Shown in pieces: positions 1-10,600 of a stretch of DNA of 34,943 bases. A program made the position numbers and the translations under genes. The notes under the pieces were generated by a model that was given only the letters and a program-made list of their open reading frames with translations, made no database searches and had not been told where the DNA came from. Each line of letters begins with the position of its first letter. Within the stretch, counting starts at the first letter, position 1. This DNA is from Octopus bimaculoides (lineage: Eukaryota), in assembly GCF_001194135.2 (NCBI RefSeq), contig NC_068985.1:58377616-58412558 (forward strand), written 5' to 3'.

Positions 1-354
1 CATATGAAGTTTTGTCACTTAAAACTTCTTCACAAGCCGAAATATACTCACTTTTGTCCATAATGACGATAGCGCCTCCCTTATCCGCCATCTTAATAAC
101 AATAGAATCGTTATTAGCTAGACGTCGGAGTGCGTAACGCTGGGAATTTGTGAGTTTATTCCAGGATTTCTTTCCACTTGTTTTAAGGCTTTCTCTAATG
201 CCTGCCTGACAAGATTCAAGAAATTCTAGTAGTGCTTGTGAACGTCCCCCCCGAACTTTATCTGGATACCAATTGGGATTCTTTTCAATTATGCCAGATT
301 CGATCATCATCATTATTTTTAGGAAATATAGGGTTTTCTGCCGCCTCGTTACCA

Positions 355-355
<1 letters not shown>
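1..355 (-). mobile_element. Penelope-like element (PLE) ORF fragment, region N-terminal to the RT core; runs off the left edge
   Basis: Minus-strand frame is open from about 355 to the window edge (absent from the ORF track because it has no stop in the window): ...NPNWYPDKVRGGRSQALLEFLESCQAGIRESLKTSGKKSWNKLTNSQRYALRRLANNDSIVIKMADKGGAIVIMDKSEYISACEEVLSDKTSY. This matches the PLE motif NL-x3-E/Q-x2-AL-x2-L-x4-IVIKxADKGGAxVIxDKxxY...L.D...Y. Confidence 0.85.
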
Positions 356-387
<32 letters not shown>

Positions 388-432
388 TTATGTTTGACTT
401 TTGTTTTGCATTTGTACAAGTTGGATCCATAC

Positions 433-495
<63 letters not shown>

Positions 496-497
496 CA
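356..497. repeat. (ATT/TAA)n microsatellite interrupted by a 44-bp insert
   Basis: Directly visible ATT repeats at 356-385 and about 433-497. Confidence 0.95.
386..429 (-). mobile_element. Extremely 5'-truncated R4/Dong LINE 3' tail (44 bp)
   Basis: TTTTATGTTTGACTTTTGTTTTGCATTTGTACAAGTTGGATCCA is identical to 34665-34708, the extreme 3' end of the Dong-type element. TAA arrays flank it on both sides. Confidence 0.75.
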
Positions 498-689
498 TAG
501 TATTGGTGCTTTAATTACTATAGTTGTATCGTTGTCACACATCTTTTTTGTTTATGCGTTTGATAGGTGTTGGAGTTTCTTATTTGACAGTCTCCATATT
601 TTACCCTCTAAACTTACAGTTGAGACATTGTGCTGTTCCACACAGAAAACATTAAATTCAATACTTTATCAACCTGTCTGCCAAAGTTT

Positions 690-1060
690 TCAAAGTATTG
701 TACAGTTGTTTTATGCAACTTAGTGGTCGTCTACCAAAATTTCGGTACCCATGCTTCGCTTCTCAGAGAAGAACGTCGCTGATGATCGCTTACTGTGTAG
801 TCCAGTAATGTACAGCGTGTCTTGTTCTTCCTTCCCTGATGATGTGCGATACTGGTGGCAATCTTTCGTAACGTGTAGCCTCTAGGAGATGTCCATAACA
901 ACTCCATGCATTCTTTTATAAGTTCCGTAATTTTACTTTTTCAAGGCGCTTTATTAGAGTCTATGTTGTAGATCCATATAACAGAACTAACTGCCTAACC
1001 GCCCGAAAAAAATTACTTTTCAAGTTTTATGGAAGCTTATATTTCCACACCGTTGATTAC
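690..1060 (-). mobile_element. Degenerate RTE-clade LINE, RT C-terminal region
   Basis: Minus-strand translation with stops and frameshifts: WKYKLP*NLKSNFFRAVRQLVLLYGSTT*TL...RLPPVSHIIREGRTRH...IISDVLL*EAKHGYRNFGRRPLSCIKQL. This matches the RTE pattern FFRA.VESVLLYGSE.WTL...RRLRFAGH...W.P.HG.R..GRP..YI.QL. Confidence 0.75.
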
Positions 1061-1159
1061 AAATAAGACAGCAACTCGTACGTCTTGTACAAAATTTTAT
1101 GACGTTTTTCGTCCTGTCTCCTGACAGACCATCATTAGGCGAGCCATTACTGGACATTT

Positions 1160-1475
1160 TTTAAAATTTATTTATGCGCCCTTCTAAAGCTTAGCCAGGC
1201 TAATGGGCCCGGTTTCCCGGTTTCTATGGTGGTGTTTCCCCAGCTGGACGGGACGCCAGTCCATCGCAGGATTACTTAAGAAACTGGAAGAAAGTGTAAG
1301 AGAAAGATGTGGCGAAAGAGTACAACAGGAGTCGCCATCATCCCACGCCGAAGCCTCATGGAGCTTTAGGTATTTTCGCTCAATAAACACTCACAACACT
1401 CGGTCTGGGAATCAAAACCGCGATCTTCTGACCGCGAGTCCGCTACCCTAACCACTGGACCATTGCGCCTCTACA
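1160..1475 (-). mobile_element. tRNA-derived SINE with a V-domain-like central motif
   Basis: Minus-strand head GGCGCAATGGTCCAGTGGTTAGGG has A-box TGGTCCAGTGG (1452-1462) and B-box-like GGTTTTGATTCCC (1407-1419). Central CCTGCGATGGACTGGCGTCCCGTCCAG (about 1244-1270) resembles the V-SINE conserved domain (from recollection). AT-rich tail near 1160. Confidence 0.82.
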
Positions 1476-2120
1476 TTACTGAATAATACTGAACCGAAAA
1501 ATAAAAAATTTCATACAAACACATCAACCGATGCGAATATACCCGTCTAAGTAATTCTAAATAGCACTAGATTTCCTAGAGAAAACTTATTAACAGTGTT
1601 ATACTAACCTATATATAAATTAATCCAGCTATACTACATCCATATAATGAACTGCGAAGTGTTAATATTAAGCGCTGGAATGTTATTGAAATGTTTAAAC
1701 ATACTTTCAATTCGTCGATGTTTTCGTAATCAGCCGAAACTTTCACTTGCAACTTTCTTGATTAATAATACGAAAACTCGAAATTAGAAGTACCTTTGTC
1801 ACAGAAATTTTACTAAAACGATAAAACTATAATGAGACGAAGTGTTGAAAGATACTGGAACGTTATTGGAGAGGTAAGTGCTATACTGCGGTTAATAACC
1901 TAGAATTATAATTAGAAAGGTATCATGAAAACTTGGGGAATTTATTTGGTTTACAGGTTACAAAATTGCTCTAAACCAAAGAGCAAAGGCCGTTAACTGG
2001 TTTACGATATTTGGGATTGGTTGATATACGAAGAAAATTATCATTACAACAGCTACACGGCATAAAATCTTTCAGCAGAATGAATTCCCTTAAAGGCAAG
2101 GGAAGTGAAGGGGATGGTGC

Positions 2121-2288
2121 TCGCTCTCTCTCTCACTCGCTCTCTCTCTCTCTCGCGCTCTCTCTCTCTCGCTCTCTCTCTCTCTCGCTCGCTCTCTCTC
2201 TCTCTCTCGCTCTCTCTCTCTCTCACACACACTCTCTCTCTCTCATTCTCTCTCTCTCACTCTCTCTCCCTATACATACATATACATA

Positions 2289-2343
<55 letters not shown>

Positions 2344-2360
2344 ATGATGTGTGTGTGATT
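2121..2360. repeat. Compound (CT)n / (GT)n microsatellite
   Basis: Directly visible. It explains the SL/CV-rich ORFs listed here. Confidence 0.95.
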
Positions 2361-2537
2361 GTATGTGTATTATGTATGTGTGTATAAGTTTCATAGACCG
2401 AAAAGTACATACAGCTACAACTGTATCGAAACATACATACAAAAAACATTATATGGATATGTACATGCAAATATACATATGCACATGTGCATACGCACAC
2501 ACACAGCCACGCTCACACACACATATATGTATATTTA

Positions 2538-3385
2538 CAGGGTGCATTGAATATAATGTAGTCTAAAATACGCAAAAATGAAAATAACACTGATATCTTA
2601 TTTCAACAAATATATTTACCAAAATTACATTTAAATATCTTGAAATACTAAAGAGATCTATGGAATAAAATTGCCATTGGCTTAAACCACGACCTCCAGA
2701 CGACTTCGGAAACTCCTGTGACTCTTCTGGACGTTCTCCTTGTTTAAGATGGTCAATGCTGTCATAACCCTTACCTTAACTTCATTTTTGGTCTTACAAG
2801 GAGTTTTGTTTGTCTCTAGCTCAACTGTGCTCCACACATAATAATAAAGGGGTAGTTCGGTGGACAGATTATAGGGGTGACGTCGTCGCAGAAATTGTCT
2901 GGCAGCCATGACTGGGTTCTCCTGTTCGTGCGTTATGGTGCAGAGTCCTGTTGCCAGACATGGGTTCTTCCAGCAGCAACCCTCTTGACCCTGGCCAGCA
3001 CTACCTCCTCCAGTACTTGATTTAGGCCTTCATTTTGAGTCTGAGGTCGTGTGGGAAAATGAATGGAGACATAGTGTTGCCATCACTAGAGATCACTCCA
3101 AACATCATGATATTGACTAGATGTTTGTTTGAATGTTGTCACTCTCGGTGCATGTACTCAGATTGCTCTGTCCTCAAATTGACATACAAACACTCGTATG
3201 TTCGTATTCGAACTTCCAACGCGTACGCCAATCAGTACATTTGGTTTCCAAATTTCTGGGAGAGTGAATTGTATGAGAGTGTTGTTTTGTTTACAGACGG
3301 TGAGCAACTGTACCGTGTAGTCGACAAAATCAAAAGCAAACAATGCACATGCATGAAATTAAAAATGTAACATGACAATCTGTCA
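2538..3385 (-). mobile_element. Tc1/mariner DD37D (maT-like) transposon remnant, internally deleted, one terminus preserved
   Basis: Starts TA|CAGGGTG at 2536-2544. Minus-strand translation with stops and frameshifts: QFTLPEIWK (N-terminus) ... HLVNIMMFGVISSDG...FIFPH...VWQQDSAP*RTNRRTQSWLPDNFCDDVTPIICPPNYP...YYVWSTVELETNKTPC...FRSRLEVVV. The QQDSAP...W/CPPN.P...YYVW pattern is typical of DD37D maT elements. The third D falls in a small deletion here, so spacing is inferred. The N-terminus joins almost directly to the catalytic region. No matching right TIR before the microsatellite. Confidence 0.82.
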
Positions 3386-3959
3386 TACGTTATGTATATA
3401 TATGTGTGTGTGCGTGTGTGTGTGTGCGTGTGTGCGTGTCTTCCTCTCACACCTACTTCCTCCCAACCACCTCTCCTCTCTTGCTCTGACACTTATTTCC
3501 TCTCCTCACTCCTACCACCTTCTTTCCACCCTCTCCTTTCATCGTCACCCCTCCCGCGTTACCCCGCCCCTACACATACCAACCCCACCATGCCTATACA
3601 TCCCATCTCACTTCCCCCATCCCCTAGACCCCACCCTTGCTTCCCCACTCTCACCCCNNNNNNNNNNNNNNNNNNNNNNNNNNNNNNNNNNNNNNNNNNN
3701 NNNNNNNNNNNNNNNNNNNNNNNNNNNNNNNNNNNNNNNNNNNNNNNNNNNNNNNNNNNNNNNNNNNNNNNNNNNNNNNNNNNNNNNNNNNNNNNNNNNN
3801 NNNNNNNNNNNNNNNNNNNNNNNNNNNNNNNNNNNNNNNNNNNNNNNNNNNNNNNNNNNNNNNNNNNNNNNNNNNNNNNNNNNNNNNNNNNNNNNNGCAC
3901 GCACACCTTCATTTTGGGACCGCCTCTACTTTGTTATCTCCCCTTCTTCCTAGCTCTCC

Positions 3960-4125
3960 TATGTGACCCCTATGCCCGGCATTCACCACGATAGAACATT
4001 AGCCACAAAACTTTTCTTCTATTTTCTCTGTTTATTTCTGTGTTCCTTTCTGTTGAAGAGCGTAGGCTCGAAACGTACAAGATTTTCTAACTTCTCGAGC
4101 GTTAAACTAATACATATGTTTATCT
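3960..4125 (+). mobile_element. Probable PLE-derived 3' terminus (pseudo-LTR) preceded by a C-rich tract
   Basis: Contains CTGTTGAAGAGCGTAGGCTCGAAACGTA, lies downstream of the C/T-rich tract 3440-3657 (across a gap) and ends at a TA/TG microsatellite. PLE origin is inferred from this architecture. Confidence 0.5.
4046..4081 (+). ncRNA. Minimal type I hammerhead-ribozyme-like motif (core variant)
   Basis: CTGTTGA (4050-4056; CUGANGA with A6>U), A, helix II GAGC-gtag-GCTC (4058-4069), GAAA (4070-4073), palindromic ACGT then A (GUA triplet). Helix I CTTT/CAAG is partly paired. Confidence 0.45.
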
Positions 4126-4145
4126 GTTGTTGTTTTTTTTTGTAA

Positions 4146-4153
4146 ATTCTCAC

Positions 4154-4197
<44 letters not shown>

Positions 4198-4291
4198 TAT
4201 GTGTGTGTGTGTGTGTATATATATATATGTATACGTATATACATACACACCCATATATATATACACACGTATATATATATATATGTGTGTA

Positions 4292-4342
<51 letters not shown>

Positions 4343-4420
4343 GTACAAACACACACACATACACAAACATACACACACATACATATATGTATTTATATAT
4401 ACATGTGTGTATGTGTGTGT
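4146..4420. repeat. Compound (TG)n/(TA)n/(CA)n microsatellite
   Basis: Directly visible. Confidence 0.95.
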
Positions 4421-5324
4421 GTGTCCATTGACAGAGGTGTTGGGGCATCGGATTGATCGCTTTTCAATAGTTATTCTAGTTTTATTCATTCTCAACTCAA
4501 AACCCATGAAGGTTATCTTTCCTTTCTATCCTTTGCAGTGTCAAGAAATAATCCACCAGTCCTGTTTAGAGTTGATTCTCCTTGTTCTCTAATTATTTAT
4601 TTCTGCATATCTTCGAAAAATAAAAGCAGAGTCCTTCTATCGACTGTGTTTAGGACTGGAGATATGATGGTCCTCTATAAGTCGGATATCGAACGTATAT
4701 AGCAAAAGTGTGTCTATGCCTTTCTCAGATAGCTAAGGGCCCGTGAAATGGTTTAAATGTGTGCTTGTGAGAACATTGAGATATTTTCTGTGAGAGCGGC
4801 CACAGAATGCGTATGCTGTCTGTGTGTGAGAATAGAAAAGAAATATTATTGTAAATAACATTGTTTTCAGCTTTATTATAAACTTGAGTCAGTTCGTTGA
4901 TATGATGTTTCTTTTCATATTACAATCAACTTGTCGTTCAACTTTATAAATGAGACACATGACGTTAATATTTCAGACAATTTCTCATATTGTATTTTAG
5001 TATATTCTGTATATTCTGTACTAGTAGTCAAAATGTCTAGCATTTGACAATGACGACAAACGATATTTTCCCCTCTGGCTTTCATTAAAGAGCACATAGC
5101 AATACGCACATAAACACACACCCAACAAACGCACACATAGGCACACACTCACAGACTTACACAAACAGACACAAATATACACATATATACGGATACATAA
5201 CTATACATATGTATATGTACATGTGTGTGTATATCTATAAAAATATCATATTTTATTTTTTATATACTTATATATACATACATATGTATATACATATATA
5301 TATATATATATTTATATATGTTAT

Positions 5325-5820
5325 ATAACAAAAATGGAACAAGAACGCAACAGTCGACAACAAAACATCCAGACAGATGATACAAAGAGGGACAAGAAAA
5401 AACAAGCATGGGTTATTCGGAGTTTTCTATCCTCAGACGAGTTCCAGATCATCTTTGCAGTTTCCACTGGTTATATTCGAGACTGCTCCAGTCTGGCCAT
5501 CCCCAAGAAAAATCTAACCTAAGAGCATTAGTTTTCTTGGAAAAGAGCAGCGAATGCATACGAAAACAAGGACTGGAAAAAAATTCGGAGAACTGGAACA
5601 CAAATACAAATGCAAACAACAGGACATTAACAACAAGTGTCTTTCGACTAAGGACGAATTAAATTAATCTGGCGTGTGTGGAAGTAAAGCCTTACGGCAG
5701 GGACATGAGAAATGTGAGGCATGGGAAGGAATATAGATGTTGCACGGATGAGAGTCGAACCTGAAAGAAAGGTCAGGCTTGGCAGAACATCGGTCACCTG
5801 GAAGGAGAGGAGTGAGGTAG
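5325..5820. mobile_element. Short interspersed non-coding repeat (probable PLE-derived terminus), related to 24795-24990
   Basis: Hand alignment with 24795-24960 shows shared blocks AAAATGGAAC, G(T/G)T(T/C)ATTC..TTTCT.TC.T.AG, AGTT...GTTA.A.T.GAGA and AA.TCTAA(C/G)CTAAGAGCATTA. Both copies start right after TA-rich microsatellite. Confidence 0.55.
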
Positions 5821-6364
5821 AGTTAGAAGGATAGAAGAATTAGGAGGGGACTAGAAAGAAAGAAAAACAAAAAGTACAGAGCAAAGTGAAAGAGGAGGGA
5901 AGGTGGCAAGAAAGGGAAGGCCAACAAATATGAGAGAGGGAGAAAATGAAGGATAATGTAGGATGATAGGAATAGTTGCAGATATTGCGTGGAGTGTAAT
6001 ATTCGAATAAGATTCTTAACAGTCAGTTGAATAAGTTATAGTTTTTGGGACATAAGTAGGTGTAGATGTCTCTCTGTCACATACAGAGAAATGTATGTGG
6101 CTAAACAGGGCTTCACGCTGATACTGCTATGTATATATACATATACTCAGATAAGTAGAAATGCACATTTATTTGAAAGTGCGTGTGCGTGTGCGTATGC
6201 GTGTGTGGGGGTATGAGTGAGTATGTGCGTGTGTACTTATATATATATGTATATGTATGTTGCTAGGTATAAATGCATATCAATTTCACATACATTGCCA
6301 CATATATCACAACAGTTTTATTAATTTATAAATAGAGTGACGCATTATAATCACATTTACAATG

Positions 6365-8065
6365 TAGGTTGGAGCGAAAAGTCACTTTTTACACATATTT
6401 TCGACATAAGTTTTCAATTATAATATATATCCTATTGGAGCAGTCTATAAAAGCAATCGTGTTAAAATCTGAACTTCTTAAATTAAAACCTTCAGGCTCT
6501 GCAAAGCCACATGGAAGTTTAAATAATGAGCGAAAAATCAATTTATAATACGTTTGCCGTTACTCATGTTGTGTTGTACTTTAATACGAATTTACTTTCT
6601 TTTGCAAAGTACTATACCAACAATAGTGTTAAAAGGACAAGCTCAAAAATATATATATGTAGCCTCCGCAACGCACTTAAAATTCCGAAATTATGTGAAA
6701 TAAGTAGACTTTTCGACTTTGTTTTCTTTATTATTTGTAATATTAGGTCACCAAATTTATGAGTTACTAGATTACACACACATTAAGATAAAATTACTTG
6801 TAAACCAATTTTTTTACTCTTGACTCATTTTTGGCGATAAAAATAATCAACCTTTCTAATTTATTCGGAATAATTCCATGTAACTAAATAATAGCAGTGC
6901 ATTCCTTTTCGTTTCAGTAATAAAGTCAATTAATTTTTTTCGTAGACGTGAATTAGCAACTCACTCTCAAATAAAGAATGGAACAGTCAAAGATTTGTTG
7001 TTTTGGAAAAACGACATAATGCTAATTGCTTGTTATGTTCAAAATAGTTAAAACTTTCGAATCAACCTCTGAACGTTCTGCTTAGATATTGCTTGATCTA
7101 TTCGCCAATGATCATTTTTCGATTTGTCCGTTGATCTCGTAAAAAAGTCTTGTTCTCTCTGTGATACAGTTTTGCCTCTACTACAACTGCACATTTCAAA
7201 GGAGTCGCACTTGCAACAGGATATGTCGAATAAATCTTTTGTTACATTGTTTTTAAACGCACTATACCTTGTTCGAAGCGATGGCACATTGTTTCTATTT
7301 TTCTCAAATGTTGATACTGCTTGGTACTTCAAATAAAAGTTTAAGATTTTCCCTTTCACTCACTCAGTTGTAATACAAGGGATAGATGCCTTTTGTCAAA
7401 GAAGAATTATCTTTTCTGCTACAATCTCGTAAAATTGTTTAATTGAAGAATCTTTCTTAACTACATTCTTTTCGTTTTCTCGTTCAAAGAAAACACATTT
7501 TAGTACATCGTCGTCAGTTGGCAAATCTCACTCGCTAAGATCACATGGAGTACCAAATACCGGGCATTCAGTATCATGACGCGTTATTGACTTAGGAGTC
7601 ATCACTAAATTTAAACAACGCTAAATTTAATAGGATCATTAATTTTAGTACAATGGTCTAAATTCACGGTACGAAGCAGGAAACTTCACACACGTACGAC
7701 GTACGTCCATGCGCTACGACCGTTGCAGCGGCAATGGATAGAAGTTCCCGTTCTCTTTATAGTCATTGCGGAACTTAACGCCATCAGTCAATTGTATTGA
7801 AACTTCGTACGCAACCTTTTGAGGATACTATATTTACTGTTCATTATACTGCTATGTAGACATATGTATTTTCTATGACTTATATTCCATGTAATCTAAA
7901 ATTCGACCAAGAATAGCGATTCTTAAAATAACCAATTGCGTTGCGGAGTCTGCAAAAGCACTTAACTGCAAAGTTCTTGATACCCTGCTCTTGTAACCCA
8001 AATATGCAACATAATATTGATTCCTGGTTACCAATTTTGAAAGCTGCATTTTTCGCTCCACACTA
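6365..8065 (-). mobile_element. Non-autonomous hAT-superfamily (hATm-like) DNA transposon, TIR to TIR, carrying a 5' transposase pseudo-ORF
   Basis: TIRs TAGGTTGGAGCGAAAA (6365-6380) and TTTTCGCTCCACACTA (8050-8065) are 14/16 complementary. Minus-strand pseudo-ORF from ATG 7602: MTPKSITRHDTECPVFGTPCDLSE*DLPTDDDVLK...VAEKIILL*QKASIPCI...LFDISCCKCDSFEMCSCSRGKTV..EQDF(fs)LRDQRTNRKMIIG. 8-bp flanks TTACAATG / GTACACAG match 5/8. The hATm subgroup name is from recollection. Confidence 0.8.
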
Positions 8066-9349
8066 GTACACAGGTACATGCACAAATATTCAATTAACAA
8101 AGCCATCTTTTGCGAAAGTACGAGGTCGCGGATTTATATTTGAGTTTCTTTATATATATATGATTTTGTATTCAGATTATTATGAAATAATTCTCTCACT
8201 GAGGTATATTATGTTATGGCTTTCGGACAAATATATTTGCATCTTAATTTATATCTTTTTCTGTTGTCAATATAACTCCGGTAGGGGTTCACATTGTGGT
8301 TCACTCTTTCTACTCGATAAAACAAGTCACAAAATATAATACTGTTCCGGATCTCATATAAATTCACCCGCAACCAATCTTTGTCACAACGTGCTTTCTT
8401 TAGAAATTCTCAGTTTTCACATTTACATTGTTATCCCTTTGTCTAGAATTTTATTATTAAATGTTATGCTCTTTTGCCTCTCCCTAAATCATTTGTCTTC
8501 AGTGTAAATGGTTTCCCGTTTGTACCTATTTATTTTCGTTTTCTGAAAGAAATATTTTGTCGTTTTCTTTCCTGTTTCCTTCCTACAACAATCAACTTCC
8601 AATTTCCAATTTCTCGCTTCTACATTTTAGTTATTTTCTGCTTATTCAGTGGAAGTTGTCTATCGCTGCCAGAGCCCACCATTTTATATGAGCGATGTAT
8701 ACACTTTCTCTATCAATTTTATAGTTGTTATTTTAGCGGTGTATATTGGAAATAGGATTGTGATTGAATATGTTTTAATTCATAATATGGCAAACATTAG
8801 TAGTAAAGTTTTTACTTATTTGAATTTCAATGTTTACGTACTTCTTTTCTCCATATTTTTTCAGTATATTTTGAGCGTCCATTATTACCTCATCTTTCTG
8901 TAAAGTTTCCTATTGGTTTGTCCTACGAATTTATCAAATAAATAAAAAAATTGGAGAGGAAGGATATGTCTTTCCAGGAGTAGATGATGAAAGACTTGTC
9001 TGATGTGTGGAATATTGTGGTCATCAGCGACCGACAAAAGGCATATATGAAACACGGCCAGGAGCTGGGCAATGTTGATATATCAACAAGAATGGTTAGC
9101 AAAATAAACGGAGATGTAAGCGAATGGTGGTAGTCAATGACAATAGATATGAAACTGAAGCTCGTTATAAGGTTTTGAAAAATTATTCGGAACTTATGAA
9201 CGATGAAGTGAGTAAAAACGCTCCTGTGGTTCGTTGAAGTATACTGTGGCCTCCATACAAACTGAAGTGATGATGGTCGTCGGCATTTTCCCCCCTTCCG
9301 AGCCATCTTGGATTATGACACCATCATGACTGCAGAAAAACAACGAAAC

Positions 9350-10600
9350 GACTGACAGTAAACGATCGTTTCATGGGGTAGAGTTGATTTGCTTTGAGAA
9401 GCTCTGATAAGTCAGAAATTCCAGAAAGATTGGGTGATGGAGCATGTTTTATTTGCGCAAGCACCTGCGAAGTAGACACAATAGGATATCACATGAACTG
9501 AGAAATATCTGCTCACAGAATATCAATGAGGCTGTGAAAGGAAAATGTTCATTTAAGATGATCAATAACACATTCTAAGAATGGAAACGGAACATTGTTC
9601 CTTCAATTTTCTTCAGTTCCTGTACGAAGAATCGGCTTGTATTATGTCTTTGAATACTAACTGACATTCATTCATGAAAGCGATTAGCAAGGGGAGAGCC
9701 TGTCTCACCAATGTAGCAGAACGTGATTACAGATGCAGCAATATATGATTTACGTAGATGAGCAGCAGATATTTTATGTAGTGTGGTGCGGTACTGTGGT
9801 ATCACACAACACTACTGCCATAAGGAACCTTACTTAAAGGACTGGTTATGGAATTAGTGTTATCGAACGCATTTCCAGTGAGTGGTTATCTTTGGATGAG
9901 CCCTGAGGAGCATATAATTAACGGATTCTTACATTTCGTGAAGCCAATATCATGTGGCACGTGGAAGAACTTAGTGATTCTGGAGTCAGAGAGTACAATC
10001 TTGATACTGTGTCTTCAACCACATCCAGCCATCCACATATGCACACATCTAACTTTTAGGCCTTATACAATTTCATAATTGTAAATAAATCGTTTTTAAA
10101 AGTAGATGTGTTTACGAATTGTAGCAGATAAATGGTGCTTTTAATTGAAACGAAGGGTTGGTGTTAGCCGAAAGAGTGGGAATCGGTTCATAGTTGCACG
10201 TAAAAAGGGATAGCGACAGCGTGGTCGAAGGTCCAGGAACGGATGAATGAAAGATCAATGTAATCGAGTGTAACCATGACTGAAGAGGAAATGTAGCTCT
10301 TAGTATTGCGATTCAAAATCAGAATTCATTTGCAGAATCTGCATAGACACAGCAATGGTTTAGCGTATGTGTTTGAATGGTGAGGCGTAATGGTGTTAGT
10401 ATTGAACGGATGCATGGATGTTGTTGATAAGGATGAAGATGTTGAGCAACACAATAGAGATGCATGATGCGACAGAGTCGGTTTCGAGGGCAGTAAGTTT
10501 GTTGCAATAATCCAACCACAGAAGAGGCTAATTTTCTTGCCTTTTCCTGACTGATATTTGCAAGCTGAAAAAAGGTTTGGCTGAAGCATCAGCAACTTAA
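9350..10600 (-). mobile_element. Degenerate PLE: RT thumb, linker and GIY-YIG endonuclease
   Basis: Minus strand: TSMH...LLCLCRFC..NSDFESQY*ELHFLFSHGYT (to 10264; cf. QFLRLRRICS..DF...F..RGYP), then ICCSST*IIYCCICNHVL(fs)YIGETGSPLANRFHE (YIGET at 9715-9701; cf. NVIYCI.C..C..LYIGETGR.L..RF.EH). Confidence 0.75.

Noticed and set aside
4420-4860. Possible PLE C-terminal remnant on the minus strand
   Set aside because: Only a vague P.G.N.R-like echo after assuming several indels.
8480-8930. Minus-strand FVGQTNRKLYRK (GIY-YIG-like) and IYTAKITTIK (Dong N-terminal-like) snippets
   Set aside because: The two interpretations are mutually inconsistent and each rests on about 10 residues.
9020-9035. 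CTGATGA hammerhead-like box on the minus strand
   Set aside because: No downstream helix II or GAAA.
8940-9340. Plus-strand peptides GEEGYVF..., IVVISDR..., ILDYD resembling an RTE apurinic endonuclease
   Set aside because: Motifs are scattered across frames with many stops, and no catalytic GDFN or SDH motif is present. Cannot be supported without a search.
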